In this document: piece by piece, positions 48,795 through 57,536 of the stretch | Position numbering within the stretch: position 1 is the stretch's first letter | How the letters are laid out: every line of letters begins with the position of its first letter | Origin: an uncultured Hyphomicrobiales bacterium | GTDB taxonomy: Bacteria > Bacteroidota > Ignavibacteria > Kapaibacteriales > UBA2268 | NCBI GenBank assembly: GCA_964413155.1 | Contig: CAYPRT010000002.1 | Span: forward strand, 170,701-234,700 | Reading direction: 5' to 3' | Length of the DNA stretch: 64,000 nucleotides | The notes under the pieces: generated by a model | What the model saw: only the letters and a program-made list of their open reading frames with translations | Database searches by the model: none | Told to the model about the DNA's origin: nothing | Made by a program: the position numbers and the translations under genes

Positions 48795-49678
48795 GTCCAG
48801 AAATCAAGGGTTTGTTCGAAACAATTAAAAAACAGGCTCTCGAGTATTCAAAAGCCTTCGAATTTTTCGAAGAAACCCGACAAAGAATCCTTCAAACACA
48901 AGGAGAACTGGAAAACTTTGCTCAACATCTTTCAAAGGAAATTGATGAAAGATTTCAACTACTCGAAGATACACTTAACAACTTTATTACAGATTTTCAG
49001 CAAAAAAATGCCACAATCGAAAACGTTTTCAGAGAACTTTCCCGAATTGAAATCCTTAAAAACGAACTTGAACGAATGCATTCTGAATTAAAAATTCAAC
49101 TTATACAAGTCGATAACTTACTTAAAACTCTTGAAAATAAGTTCGAAATTGAATTCGAAACACAATCGCAAAATATTATCCGAAAATTCGAGGACGAAGT
49201 CGATTCCACCTTGAAAATGCTGGAAGTTAAGTATGCACTTAAGTTTAAATCCATAGATGAAAAATTATCGAATTTGGACCAGAAATTATTGAATCAAACT
49301 GTAAGCCAATCCAGATTTACAAAAATTGTTTATGATGAACTAGACACACTTAAAGAAAAAATTGAACAATTTAAACAAATTTTATACGAAGAACGACAAC
49401 GAATCGAAGGTAGATTTGGGGAATTTTCCGAAGAGCTGAACAAAAAATTTATCAAACTCGACCAAATCCTAAACAACTTTGAACAGCAAACTCAAACAAC
49501 GTTGCAAAGTAGCGAAGGTTCGGCAGAAAAATTTCGAGATGAAATAAGGATCGCTTTCCAGCAATTGAATGAAATAAGAAGCCAGCAAAGCAAAGTGGAC
49601 ACAAGATTCAAAAATTTACTTATCATAACATCTGTTTTATTTATTTTAGCAATATTAGTAGCATTAATAATTAAATAA
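48773..49678 (+). CDS. Long coiled-coil protein with a single C-terminal TM anchor
   Basis: About 280 aa of E/K/Q/L-rich helix with no Cys or Trp and a single Pro near the N-terminus; ends 'LLIITSVLFILAILVALIIK'. Confidence 0.8.
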   Translation: MDESKAISPEIKGLFETIKKQALEYSKAFEFFEETRQRILQTQGELENFAQHLSKEIDERFQLLEDTLNNFITDFQQKNATIENVFRELSRIEILKNELERMHSELKIQLIQVDNLLKTLENKFEIEFETQSQNIIRKFEDEVDSTLKMLEVKYALKFKSIDEKLSNLDQKLLNQTVSQSRFTKIVYDELDTLKEKIEQFKQILYEERQRIEGRFGEFSEELNKKFIKLDQILNNFEQQTQTTLQSSEGSAEKFRDEIRIAFQQLNEIRSQQSKVDTRFKNLLIITSVLFILAILVALIIK

Positions 49679-49704
49679 AACTTGTTAAACAAAAGCTAGA
49701 AAAT

Positions 49705-50712
49705 ATGAAAATAGCAATAATGACTGGAGGTGGCGATTCCCCAGGAATGAATGCATTTGTTCGCGCTGTTGTTCGTTGTAGCCTTAATCTTCGCCCGGCT
49801 ACTTCCGTTTGGGGGGTAATTGATGGCTGGCGTGGGCTTGTCGACGGTAATTTTCACAAGTTAACAAAGAAAGATACTGCTGGAATCGCTCACCAAGGCG
49901 GTACAATTTTAGGTACTTTGCGCGTGCCTGAACTTAAAGAAGATAGGGATATGCAAGAAGCCATTGCATTGAATTTACACGACAACTTCTTCGATTACCT
50001 TTTCATTATTGGTGGAAATGGTAGTTTAGCAGCAGCAAATGTAATTAATAATATCATCAAAGAAAAAGGCTTACGAACCAAGTTGCTTATTACTGCTGGC
50101 TCCATCGATAATGATGTGTGTAACAATTACGGATATTCTATTGGATTTTATAGCGCTATCGATAAAAGCCTTGAAATGCTAGAATGGATACGCGATACAG
50201 CCTCTGCCCACCGTCGCGTTTACATAATTGAATCTATGGGGCGCGATTCAGGTTACCTTGCCTTTTTCGCTGGTGTTGCCACCGGCGCCGAACATATCAT
50301 ACTGCCCAACGAAGAAGTCGATTATGAACAATTAGTCAATTTAATAAGCGAAAGAGACCGAGATACTCGAATTATTGTTGCAGAAGGCTATCCAAAGAGT
50401 GCGGACGAAATTCGCAAGATACTCGAAGAAATATTTGCTCGAAGAAATATAAAACACGAAATCCGTCACGTGGATATGGGATATTTCCAGCGCGGTGGTA
50501 AAGCTGCCGTGAAAGATATTCTAACAGCAAGTTGGCTTGGTTATGTTATGGTCAAAGATGCCTTCGAAGGGGCTGACAGTGCATTTTACATTTGTTTCCA
50601 TCCCGGGGAAAACCCCACGCGTCTTCCCTTGGACGTAGCTTCAGATTCATCGAAAACAACACATATCGATATTCCACCGCATCTCAAAGACTTTGCCGAA
50701 GCTTTAAAATAA
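49705..50712 (+). CDS. pfkA: ATP-dependent 6-phosphofructokinase
   Basis: 'TGGGDSPGMNA', 'GGTILGT', 'GGNGS', 'GSIDND', 'ESMGRDSG', 'QRGG'. Confidence 0.9.
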   Translation: MKIAIMTGGGDSPGMNAFVRAVVRCSLNLRPATSVWGVIDGWRGLVDGNFHKLTKKDTAGIAHQGGTILGTLRVPELKEDRDMQEAIALNLHDNFFDYLFIIGGNGSLAAANVINNIIKEKGLRTKLLITAGSIDNDVCNNYGYSIGFYSAIDKSLEMLEWIRDTASAHRRVYIIESMGRDSGYLAFFAGVATGAEHIILPNEEVDYEQLVNLISERDRDTRIIVAEGYPKSADEIRKILEEIFARRNIKHEIRHVDMGYFQRGGKAAVKDILTASWLGYVMVKDAFEGADSAFYICFHPGENPTRLPLDVASDSSKTTHIDIPPHLKDFAEALK

Positions 50713-50726
50713 ACTTTCTATGAACA

Positions 50727-51278
50727 TTATTCGTAGGAAATTACTTTGTAAATTGGGCCTTTTGGGGTAAGATTACTTTCTATTAAATTCACCAAAAAGT
50801 TACTTACTTTTCCAAAATTCGTCTGCGAATAGTTCTGAACAATCTTGATAAATTCTTTCTTTTTAGCACTTTTGATTCTCAAAAGAGTTAGATGTGGATG
50901 GAAAGGGCGATTTTCAACAGGAATATTATGCCTAATCAATACATTTTTACAAAAATGATAAATTTCGGTAAGAATTTTTGTTGGGTCAATAATCTGAATG
51001 AACAGCACTCGTGGATAACTTGTATTAGGAAAGCATCCGAGCCCTACCATTTCTAAAGGATTGTTAAACTCCATCAAAATTTGTTTCAAGTCGGCAAGTA
51101 ATTCTTTAATAATTTCTTCTTCAATCTCTCCAATGAAATGGTATGTGAAGTGTAAATTCCAATCCTCAACCCATTTCCCTTCGACAATATTTTGGCAATC
51201 TGATTTTAATTTAGGGTATAACTCGATTATTTCAGGAGTTTTAAGAAAAGTTCCAATAAAAACACGCTTTTTTACCAT
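50727..51278 (-). CDS. thpR: RNA 2',3'-cyclic phosphodiesterase (2H family)
   Basis: Two HxT motifs, 'LHFTYHF' and 'FHPHLTL'; 'LTPKGPIY'. Confidence 0.92.
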   Translation of the reverse strand: MVKKRVFIGTFLKTPEIIELYPKLKSDCQNIVEGKWVEDWNLHFTYHFIGEIEEEIIKELLADLKQILMEFNNPLEMVGLGCFPNTSYPRVLFIQIIDPTKILTEIYHFCKNVLIRHNIPVENRPFHPHLTLLRIKSAKKKEFIKIVQNYSQTNFGKVSNFLVNLIESNLTPKGPIYKVISYE

Positions 51279-51331
51279 TTGACATAATCTTATTCATTAA
51301 AAAGTTCAAAATACTAAAAAAACATGAAACG

Positions 51332-51351
51332 CTGGTAGACGAAACTACCAG
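51332..51351 (-). terminator. Possible terminator hairpin after the TonB receptor
   Basis: CTGGTAG-N6-CTACCAG, with a T-rich run shortly downstream on the minus strand. Confidence 0.45.
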
Positions 51352-51369
51352 GGTAATTGGAAAAATCGA

Positions 51370-53611
51370 TTACTTAGAAAATCTCATCCCAATGTAAATT
51401 TTACGCCCGTCGATTGGACCCCAAATCACAGAGCTATCGAAATATTTTGAAAACGGATTGTCGAAGGCAAGAATTGGATTGTTTTGTTTGAAATCGGTTA
51501 AGTTTTCGCCACCGATGTAAAACTCAAAAAATTTAAACCGATAGGTAAATTGAGCAAATAAAACAACGAATGATTTAAATGAAGATGGAAGCCGTTACTG
51601 ATTAGGATTTTGCGAGGTATTCGGAATTCTTCCACCACCATTGAAATCAATAGTAAAATCGAACCAAAATGGGGCGGGTTTATAAGATAAATTCAGCAAA
51701 ATTTTATGTGGACTTATTAGTGGTTTCCTTTGTAGTTGATTGTTCGTAGTCAACCAAACATCGTTTAAACGATACGCCAAAAGTAAAGAAATATTCCTCA
51801 AAAAGTCCAAACTTAAATCAATTTGAAAACTATTCGAAAAGGACCTTCCTTTCAAATTCGATATATATATTCCTGTAGGGTCTACATCTTTATCGACAAT
51901 TACTTGATTAATAAAATTTGTGCGATAATACTCTATATTTAGAGTCCCAATCAAGCCAAATATTTCAAAAGTGTGAGATGTATTTACACCAAAGTTCCAA
52001 GCTTCTTCCATTTTTAACTGATCGTCGAAGTAAATAGTTCGCGAAGAATTTAAAATGCTTTGGTTTTCAACTATCGGCAGCGGGAAGTGGTAACCTTTAC
52101 CAGCCGAAAATCGAACAGTATTCAGTTCATCGATCTTATATTTAATATGTATTCTTGGAGTAAATAACGTTCCAGATTTATTATGAAAATCTACTCGGAT
52201 ACCAGGAACAATTGTAAGATCTTCAAATGGGTTCAAAATAACTTCGCTAAAAAAACCAGGGACAATTTCTTTTGCCGATAGATTTAAAGAATCTAAATAT
52301 TGTAGGTAATTGTTATAAGCAAAACTAAAGCCAAATGTTAAATTTGGTCCTTCGGGTAAAGTGGTGTTTGGATTATAAAACAAATCAAATGGATTTATTT
52401 GCGAAGAGAAAATAAAATTTAATAAAACAGAGTTTTGCTCAAGATTAAAAATTCGCTTCCCAAAAATACGAATTCTGTTTGTGATGAACAAAACTAAGAA
52501 TTGAGCCAAAACTCGATTGATTCTCACCATCGAAAATATATCCATTCTTCGTAACTAAATTTATTCGTTTTATTTTTACTTCTGAACCCCAAAAATTGCT
52601 GTTTTCGGGCAATCTAAAAAACAAAGTTTGACCAGAGCTAATCTCATCAACCAATCCATGAATATATGTTTTGCTTTCGAAATTTTTAATTCCATAATTC
52701 ATATGGGTTAAAAAATTAAACATTCTGCTTAAAGGGATATCAATGAACCCATCTCCATTATAGTCGACATATTTTCGATTTATAGTTGCATTACCAAAAA
52801 TAATTGCGGATAATTCATCGTTAATTTTTGCTTTTGAAACTAAATTTCCTTCAAATCGCATTACGTCGTTCAAATATCCATTCAAGTATAAATTATCGGC
52901 ATTGTCAAATTCCTTCAAATTTACATTGATCTGCCCAGTAATGGATTCATATCCACGGGTAACAGAAGAAGTTCCCTTTGAAATCGAAATGGAATTAATC
53001 CATGGTCCAGGAATAAAAAATAGCCCGTAATTAGAGGCAAAACCTTGTAAATTGGGCGTTTCCTCCATCAAAATTTGAGTATAGTTCTGTGCCAAGCCAA
53101 GCAGTTGAATCTGCTTGATACCTGTTATTGCATCAGTAAAGGTTACATCAACGGTCGGATTTGTTACGAAACTTTCGGATAAATTGCAACAAGCAGCTTT
53201 TTTCAAAGAATTTTGAGTCAGAACCTCTGTCTTTTCTATTTTCGATTCCTCAATATATCGCTCAGACATTTTTTCTTGAACAACAACTTCATCAAATTTA
53301 TATTCGCCTTCGAGAACAATTTCAAGATATTCATTATCAGGTCCAACTTCTATTGTATCCTTGTTGAATCCGACAAAGCTAACGATAATTTTATCCCTCG
53401 ATTTTATATCAATAGAAAACTCTCCTTTTTCATCTGTAATAGCTCCAATATTGGAATTTAATAATTTTATTGTTGCCCCAGAAAGAATTTTACGACCTTC
53501 TTTCGCATATTTACCATATACTATCCCTTTGATTGTTTTTGCATTTCCTAATTCAGATACCAAAATCAAAGAGAAGAATAATATCATATATTTAATAAAA
53601 ACATTTTTCAT
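51370..53611 (-). pseudogene. TonB-dependent receptor (Bacteroidota metal-associated type), with a frameshift and a nonsense codon
   Basis: Signal peptide, CarboxypepD-like domain and plug 'KAACCNLSESF'. One extra T in a T5 run (52462-52466) shifts the frame; TAA at 51595-51597; the frame then continues to 'GENLTDFKQNNPI...WGPIDGRKIYIGMRFSK*' at 51370. Confidence 0.9.
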
Positions 53612-53695
53612 ATTAACCTCCATAAGTTTATGAACAAAATCAACTTAAAAGTTTGAATAATTAAGCAAGAAGAGGATTAACAAATAAAACTGTGG

Positions 53696-54208
53696 TTATG
53701 AAAGTGGAACAGTATCGGAGGAAGAAAAAAGGGATGTAATAATTCTTATAAAGATAATAATCTTTTTTATTGGGGTCGTTACTTTTTCTTCAAATATTTT
53801 TATTTTTTGGTTAAAGTATTCAGAAACTAAATCTTTTACATATTCTACATTTAGATTGGATTTGAATTCTTCAGAAAATTTCTTTAAATTGTTTTCATTG
53901 GAAACAATATTGACATTTTTGGAAAATTTTAAATTGCTACAGCAATTGTCCAAGCTCTTAAAAGAAATGTCTTTATCATCAGCAGAATTGTTTTGCTTTG
54001 AATGATTTAAGCAACAGCTCTTAGCTTTTTCGGAGCAACAACTATTAGTATCTTTCGAGGCTATTTCGCAACAATCAATTTTATTAAAACCAGTTAAATT
54101 AATATTTCTTTCCCTACAAATATGGTTAATTATTGTAATACCTGCCGACGAAACTATTATCGACAAGGTTAAAATGGATACAAATATTTTTTTAATTAGT
54201 TTTATCAT
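53696..54208 (-). CDS. HYC_CC_PP-like Cys-pair-rich secreted protein
   Basis: Signal region, 'NHIC', four CC pairs (DCC, SCC, SCC, NCC); directly upstream of the TonB receptor, the usual context for this family. Confidence 0.7.
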   Translation of the reverse strand: MIKLIKKIFVSILTLSIIVSSAGITIINHICRERNINLTGFNKIDCCEIASKDTNSCCSEKAKSCCLNHSKQNNSADDKDISFKSLDNCCSNLKFSKNVNIVSNENNLKKFSEEFKSNLNVEYVKDLVSEYFNQKIKIFEEKVTTPIKKIIIFIRIITSLFSSSDTVPLS

Positions 54209-54214
54209 ACCTTT

Positions 54215-54236
54215 TTATAATCGAATTATAATCGAA
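54215..54236. promoter_or_regulatory. Candidate operator: 7-3-7 palindrome TTATAAT-CGA-ATTATAA within a tandem 11-nt repeat
   Basis: TTATAATCGAA occurs twice (54215-54225 and 54226-54236), 6 nt upstream of the ATG. Confidence 0.6.
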
Positions 54237-54253
54237 AAAAACAAAGGTTTATT

Positions 54254-55006
54254 TTAATCAACCGAAAAATATGGAAGCAAAAGTTCCTGGAATTGATAAA
54301 ATCCTTCCTCTTTATTCATTAAATTTTTTGCTACGAAAATAACACCATTACCAAAGGCTTCCCGAGAAATTGATTCATGAACAAGACGAATCGTTTGATA
54401 TGGAAAACCACAAATAATTTCATGGCGACCAATTATCCCACCCGCACGAATGGATTTAATTTCATCTAAAGACAATCCTAATTCCATTGCTATCACTTTA
54501 GCTGTCCCCGAAACATCCTTCTTTTCCTTGAAGTGTTCTTCAATTATAACTATGTCAATGTGAGGAACAATTTTTTTCAAAAACTTTGCAACAATTATCA
54601 AATAATTGATTCCAAGAGTAATATTTGGAGACCAAAATACCGTTGTTGATTTTGAAAGCTCCATCAATTTTTGCATTGCATTTTCTGGATAATTCGAAAC
54701 AGCGGAAATAATCTTTATTTTTCGTTTAGCACATTCATCCCCGTAGTAAAAAATCGCATCTTCCGAAGCAAAGTCGATAACTATATCTACTGGCTGAATA
54801 TCGAGCAACTCGGAAATTGTAATATCTTGAATTGAATATATCAAGCCAGGTTCATCGGTTTCTATTCCTAAAAGCTCGGGCACCGAACGATGTTCTAAGC
54901 TCCGAGAGCGACGCAAAACCCATTCTAAACATATTTCTTTATTAAGCAATAAAGTACCTGCAACAGGTTTTCCTGTTCGACCAAATCCCAGTAACCCGAC
55001 TTTCAC
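54254..55006 (-). CDS. dapB: 4-hydroxy-tetrahydrodipicolinate reductase-like protein
   Basis: 'GLLGFGRTGK', 'DIVIDFAS', 'SPNITLGIN', 'EEHFKEKKDVSGTA', 'SIRAGGIIGRHE', 'SREAFGNG'; GTG start. Confidence 0.75.
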   Translation of the reverse strand: MKVGLLGFGRTGKPVAGTLLLNKEICLEWVLRRSRSLEHRSVPELLGIETDEPGLIYSIQDITISELLDIQPVDIVIDFASEDAIFYYGDECAKRKIKIISAVSNYPENAMQKLMELSKSTTVFWSPNITLGINYLIIVAKFLKKIVPHIDIVIIEEHFKEKKDVSGTAKVIAMELGLSLDEIKSIRAGGIIGRHEIICGFPYQTIRLVHESISREAFGNGVIFVAKNLMNKEEGFYQFQELLLPYFSVD

Positions 55007-55023
55007 AATTCACCCCATTGTTT

Positions 55024-55044
55024 ATGAACATTGTTCATGAACAT
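55024..55044. promoter_or_regulatory. Overlapping palindromes ATGAACA-T-TGTTCAT and TGTTCATGAACA
   Basis: Read directly in the dapB/gcvH divergent intergenic region. Confidence 0.5.
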
Positions 55045-55174
55045 TTAGTTTATTTGATAATTAACTATAGCAATGTAATAAAAAATTAGATAAAAAACAA
55101 ATTTGGGCTCAAATATTATTTATCAATGTGAATTCATTTTTTCTTTTTATTTTTGTTTTTTTTTGAGGATAAAT

Positions 55175-55555
55175 ATGGTTTTTCCAGAGAATTTAAAGTA
55201 CACCCAAACCCACGAATGGGTATTAGTTGAAGGCAATATTGCTACTATTGGAATAACAGATCATGCTCAAAGTGAACTTGGCGATGTTGTATTTGTCGAT
55301 ATTTCGGAGTCGCTAACAGAGGTTAAGAAAGGGGAAGCAATTGGAACTATCGAAGCTGTTAAAACTGTCGCCGACATTATCGCACCAGTTTCTGGTAAAG
55401 TCGTTGAAATCAACAGGTCAATCAACGACCATCCAGATGATGTTAACAAGGACCCATATGGTGCTGGCTGGCTAATAAAAGTTGAAATGACCAATCCCAA
55501 GGAATTGAACGATTTGCTTGATGCTGAAGCTTATAAACAACTTATTGGACATTAA
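55175..55555 (+). CDS. gcvH: Glycine cleavage system H protein
   Basis: 'YTQTHEWV', 'GITDHAQSELGDVVFV', lipoyl-Lys 'EAVKTVADI', 'NKDPYGAGW'. Confidence 0.97.
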   Translation: MVFPENLKYTQTHEWVLVEGNIATIGITDHAQSELGDVVFVDISESLTEVKKGEAIGTIEAVKTVADIIAPVSGKVVEINRSINDHPDDVNKDPYGAGWLIKVEMTNPKELNDLLDAEAYKQLIGH

Positions 55556-55568
55556 AGCTTTTTCTATT

Positions 55569-55601
55569 AAAAAAAGAAAGGGCTACCAAAAGGTAGCCCT
55601 T
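55569..55601. terminator. Bidirectional terminator
   Basis: AAGGGCTACC-AAAA-GGTAGCCCTT (10-bp stem) with a flanking A-run, between convergent genes. Confidence 0.85.
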
Positions 55602-55622
55602 ATTGATTTTAGCAAAGAAATT

Positions 55623-56303
55623 TTATGGTCGTGTTCCATGACCATTCCCTTTTCCACCGCCACGATTATCTCGATATTTTGCCAAAAGTTCATCGAACAA
55701 AGCATTTTGTTCGTTAGTCAAAATGCTTTTAATATTTGAAATTAATGTATCCCAGCAATTCTTTAATTGTTCCAAAGTTTGCTGCCTAACTGGATTATTT
55801 ATCAAAGAATCTCGAGTTCTTTGATTGATTTGTTTCATTAATTCCCAGGCTGTTTGCCTATCGATTTGCCCATTTTTAAGTTGTTCAATAACTTGCTGGC
55901 GTTCTTGATTTGCTTGTTGAATAATTCCTTTTTCAGATTCTCTTAAAGCAGTCATTGCATTTTTTACGCAATCGCGATATTGTGCAAGAAACTCTTTAAC
56001 TTGTTCTTTTTGCTGATCAGTAAGATTCAATTCCTTCAAAATCCTACCGAGTGGAGTCATATACTTAATGGGACGCATTGGATAGAATGGGTCATCATTG
56101 GGCGAAAGCAACATTGCTGGTTTATCGAAATTAGCTTCGCTATAATCCGATGAAATACACATTTCCGATTCGATTGGAATGTTTGCAGTGTAGACAAATT
56201 CTTGTGTGTTTGGTGCAACTGGGTCGCTCAACTTATTGCAACCAACGAAAGCAATAAGTCCTATTGTCATTAATGCGATTGCGAGAGCAGGAAGTCGTTT
56301 CAT
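55623..56303 (-). CDS. Lipoprotein with a Spy/CpxP-like helical domain
   Basis: Lipobox 'FVGC'; 'LGRILKELNLTDQQKEQVK...ILTNEQNALFDELL'; AAGGAG SD. Confidence 0.75.
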   Translation of the reverse strand: MKRLPALAIALMTIGLIAFVGCNKLSDPVAPNTQEFVYTANIPIESEMCISSDYSEANFDKPAMLLSPNDDPFYPMRPIKYMTPLGRILKELNLTDQQKEQVKEFLAQYRDCVKNAMTALRESEKGIIQQANQERQQVIEQLKNGQIDRQTAWELMKQINQRTRDSLINNPVRQQTLEQLKNCWDTLISNIKSILTNEQNALFDELLAKYRDNRGGGKGNGHGTRP

Positions 56304-56347
56304 ATTAATCTCCTTTAGTTTTGTGAAACATCCGTTTGTTCAATTAA

Positions 56348-56375
56348 TTTGACAAATAACATTTAAAAAAGTTTA
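56348..56375 (-). promoter_or_regulatory. ECF (RpoE-like) promoter AAACTT-N16-TCAAA
   Basis: Minus strand TAAACTTttttaaatgttatttgTCAAA, about 45 nt upstream of the lipoprotein ATG. Confidence 0.55.
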
Positions 56376-56440
56376 ATCAAACACAAAAAGAATAACAAAT
56401 TTTTTTTAAAATTGTTACACAAAAAAGAGAAAAATTATAA

Positions 56441-57118
56441 ATGATGGAAATATTCGACCAAGAAGCAAAGTCTTACGATGATTGGTATAAAACTAAGCTT
56501 GGTGCTTTTGTCGATGAAATTGAATCCACAGCAATTCTAAGGCATTTCAACATTCCAAAGATTAGTCTTATTCTCGATGTTGGATGTGGAACAGGCAACT
56601 ATACAATCAAACTTGCAAAAATGGGTTTCAAAGTAATTGGTGTCGATGTCTCGACGGAAATGTTAAAGATTGCAATTGAAAAGGCAAAAAAGTTAGGTTT
56701 GCCATTTAATTTAATTCATTGCGACGCTCGGCACTTGCCTTTTCCCGAAAATCATTTCGATGCTGTGCTTTCTGTTGCCACCTTGGAATTCGTTTCAGAA
56801 CCACTTACTGTAATTGATGAAATGTTCAGAGTTGTTAACAAAAACGGCAAAATAATCATTGGGTTCATAAATAAAGAAAGTGAGTGGGGAAAATTGTATC
56901 TTTCGAAAGAGTTCAAGGAAAATACCGTATTTCGCAATGCTAACTTCTTTACAAAACAAGATGTTTCAGCTATTCATTCTAATGAGTTAATCGAAATTAT
57001 TGAAACACTTTATACCCCACCATTTGTTACTGACGACGAAATTTCGATTGAAAAAGAAAAAGAGTTCAAAAAAATTTATCCACCTGGTTTTTTGGTTGGA
57101 GTATGGCAAAAGAGATAA
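56441..57118 (+). CDS. Class I SAM-dependent methyltransferase
   Basis: 'ILDVGCGTG', 'GVDVSTEML', 'DARHLPFPENHFDAV'. Confidence 0.9.
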   Translation: MMEIFDQEAKSYDDWYKTKLGAFVDEIESTAILRHFNIPKISLILDVGCGTGNYTIKLAKMGFKVIGVDVSTEMLKIAIEKAKKLGLPFNLIHCDARHLPFPENHFDAVLSVATLEFVSEPLTVIDEMFRVVNKNGKIIIGFINKESEWGKLYLSKEFKENTVFRNANFFTKQDVSAIHSNELIEIIETLYTPPFVTDDEISIEKEKEFKKIYPPGFLVGVWQKR

Positions 57119-57360
57119 TTTCCTGTGAATTGAGCTTTATTCCAATTCAAAGTCCAAACTATATCGCAGAGGTTGAAAAAGTCTTGGAAATTATAAAACT
57201 TTCAGGTTTGAATTATGAAACTAATGCTTTTTCTACAATAATTACAGGAGAAAAAGAAAATATTCTTAATTTAATTGGTAAAATAATTGAATTTGCACAT
57301 AAAACAACTAAATTCATTATGGCTATTAAAATTTCAAACACTTGTGGTTGTAACTTATGA
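57103..57360 (+). CDS. YkoF/MTH1187-family thiamine(HMP)-binding protein
   Basis: 'CELSFIPI...VEKVLEIIKLSGLNYETNAFSTIITGE...ISNTCG'. Confidence 0.75.
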   Translation: MAKEIISCELSFIPIQSPNYIAEVEKVLEIIKLSGLNYETNAFSTIITGEKENILNLIGKIIEFAHKTTKFIMAIKISNTCGCNL

Positions 57361-57536
57361 ATTTCATCCTTTTAATCGATTTGTAAATAATTTCTTTTCA
57401 TCATAATTTTTCAAAAAATATTGAAAGAAACTAGTTAATAAATATCATCAAACCATTGCTTTTATTACCAACAAGTTCTATTAATGATTTAACTTAAATG
57501 CTATTTCGTAAATTTGTTTTCTTAATCGAGGGGAAA

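Noticed and set aside
49705-50712. PPi-dependent PFK suggested by the atypical 'GGNGS'
   Set aside because: The specificity positions equivalent to E. coli 104 and 124 are both Gly, which is the ATP-type signature.
47208-56440. Riboswitches upstream of the Met gamma-lyase (SAM), gcvH (glycine) or the ykoF pair (TPP)
   Set aside because: These leaders are short and very AT-rich, without the conserved aptamer cores; an Rfam scan would settle it.
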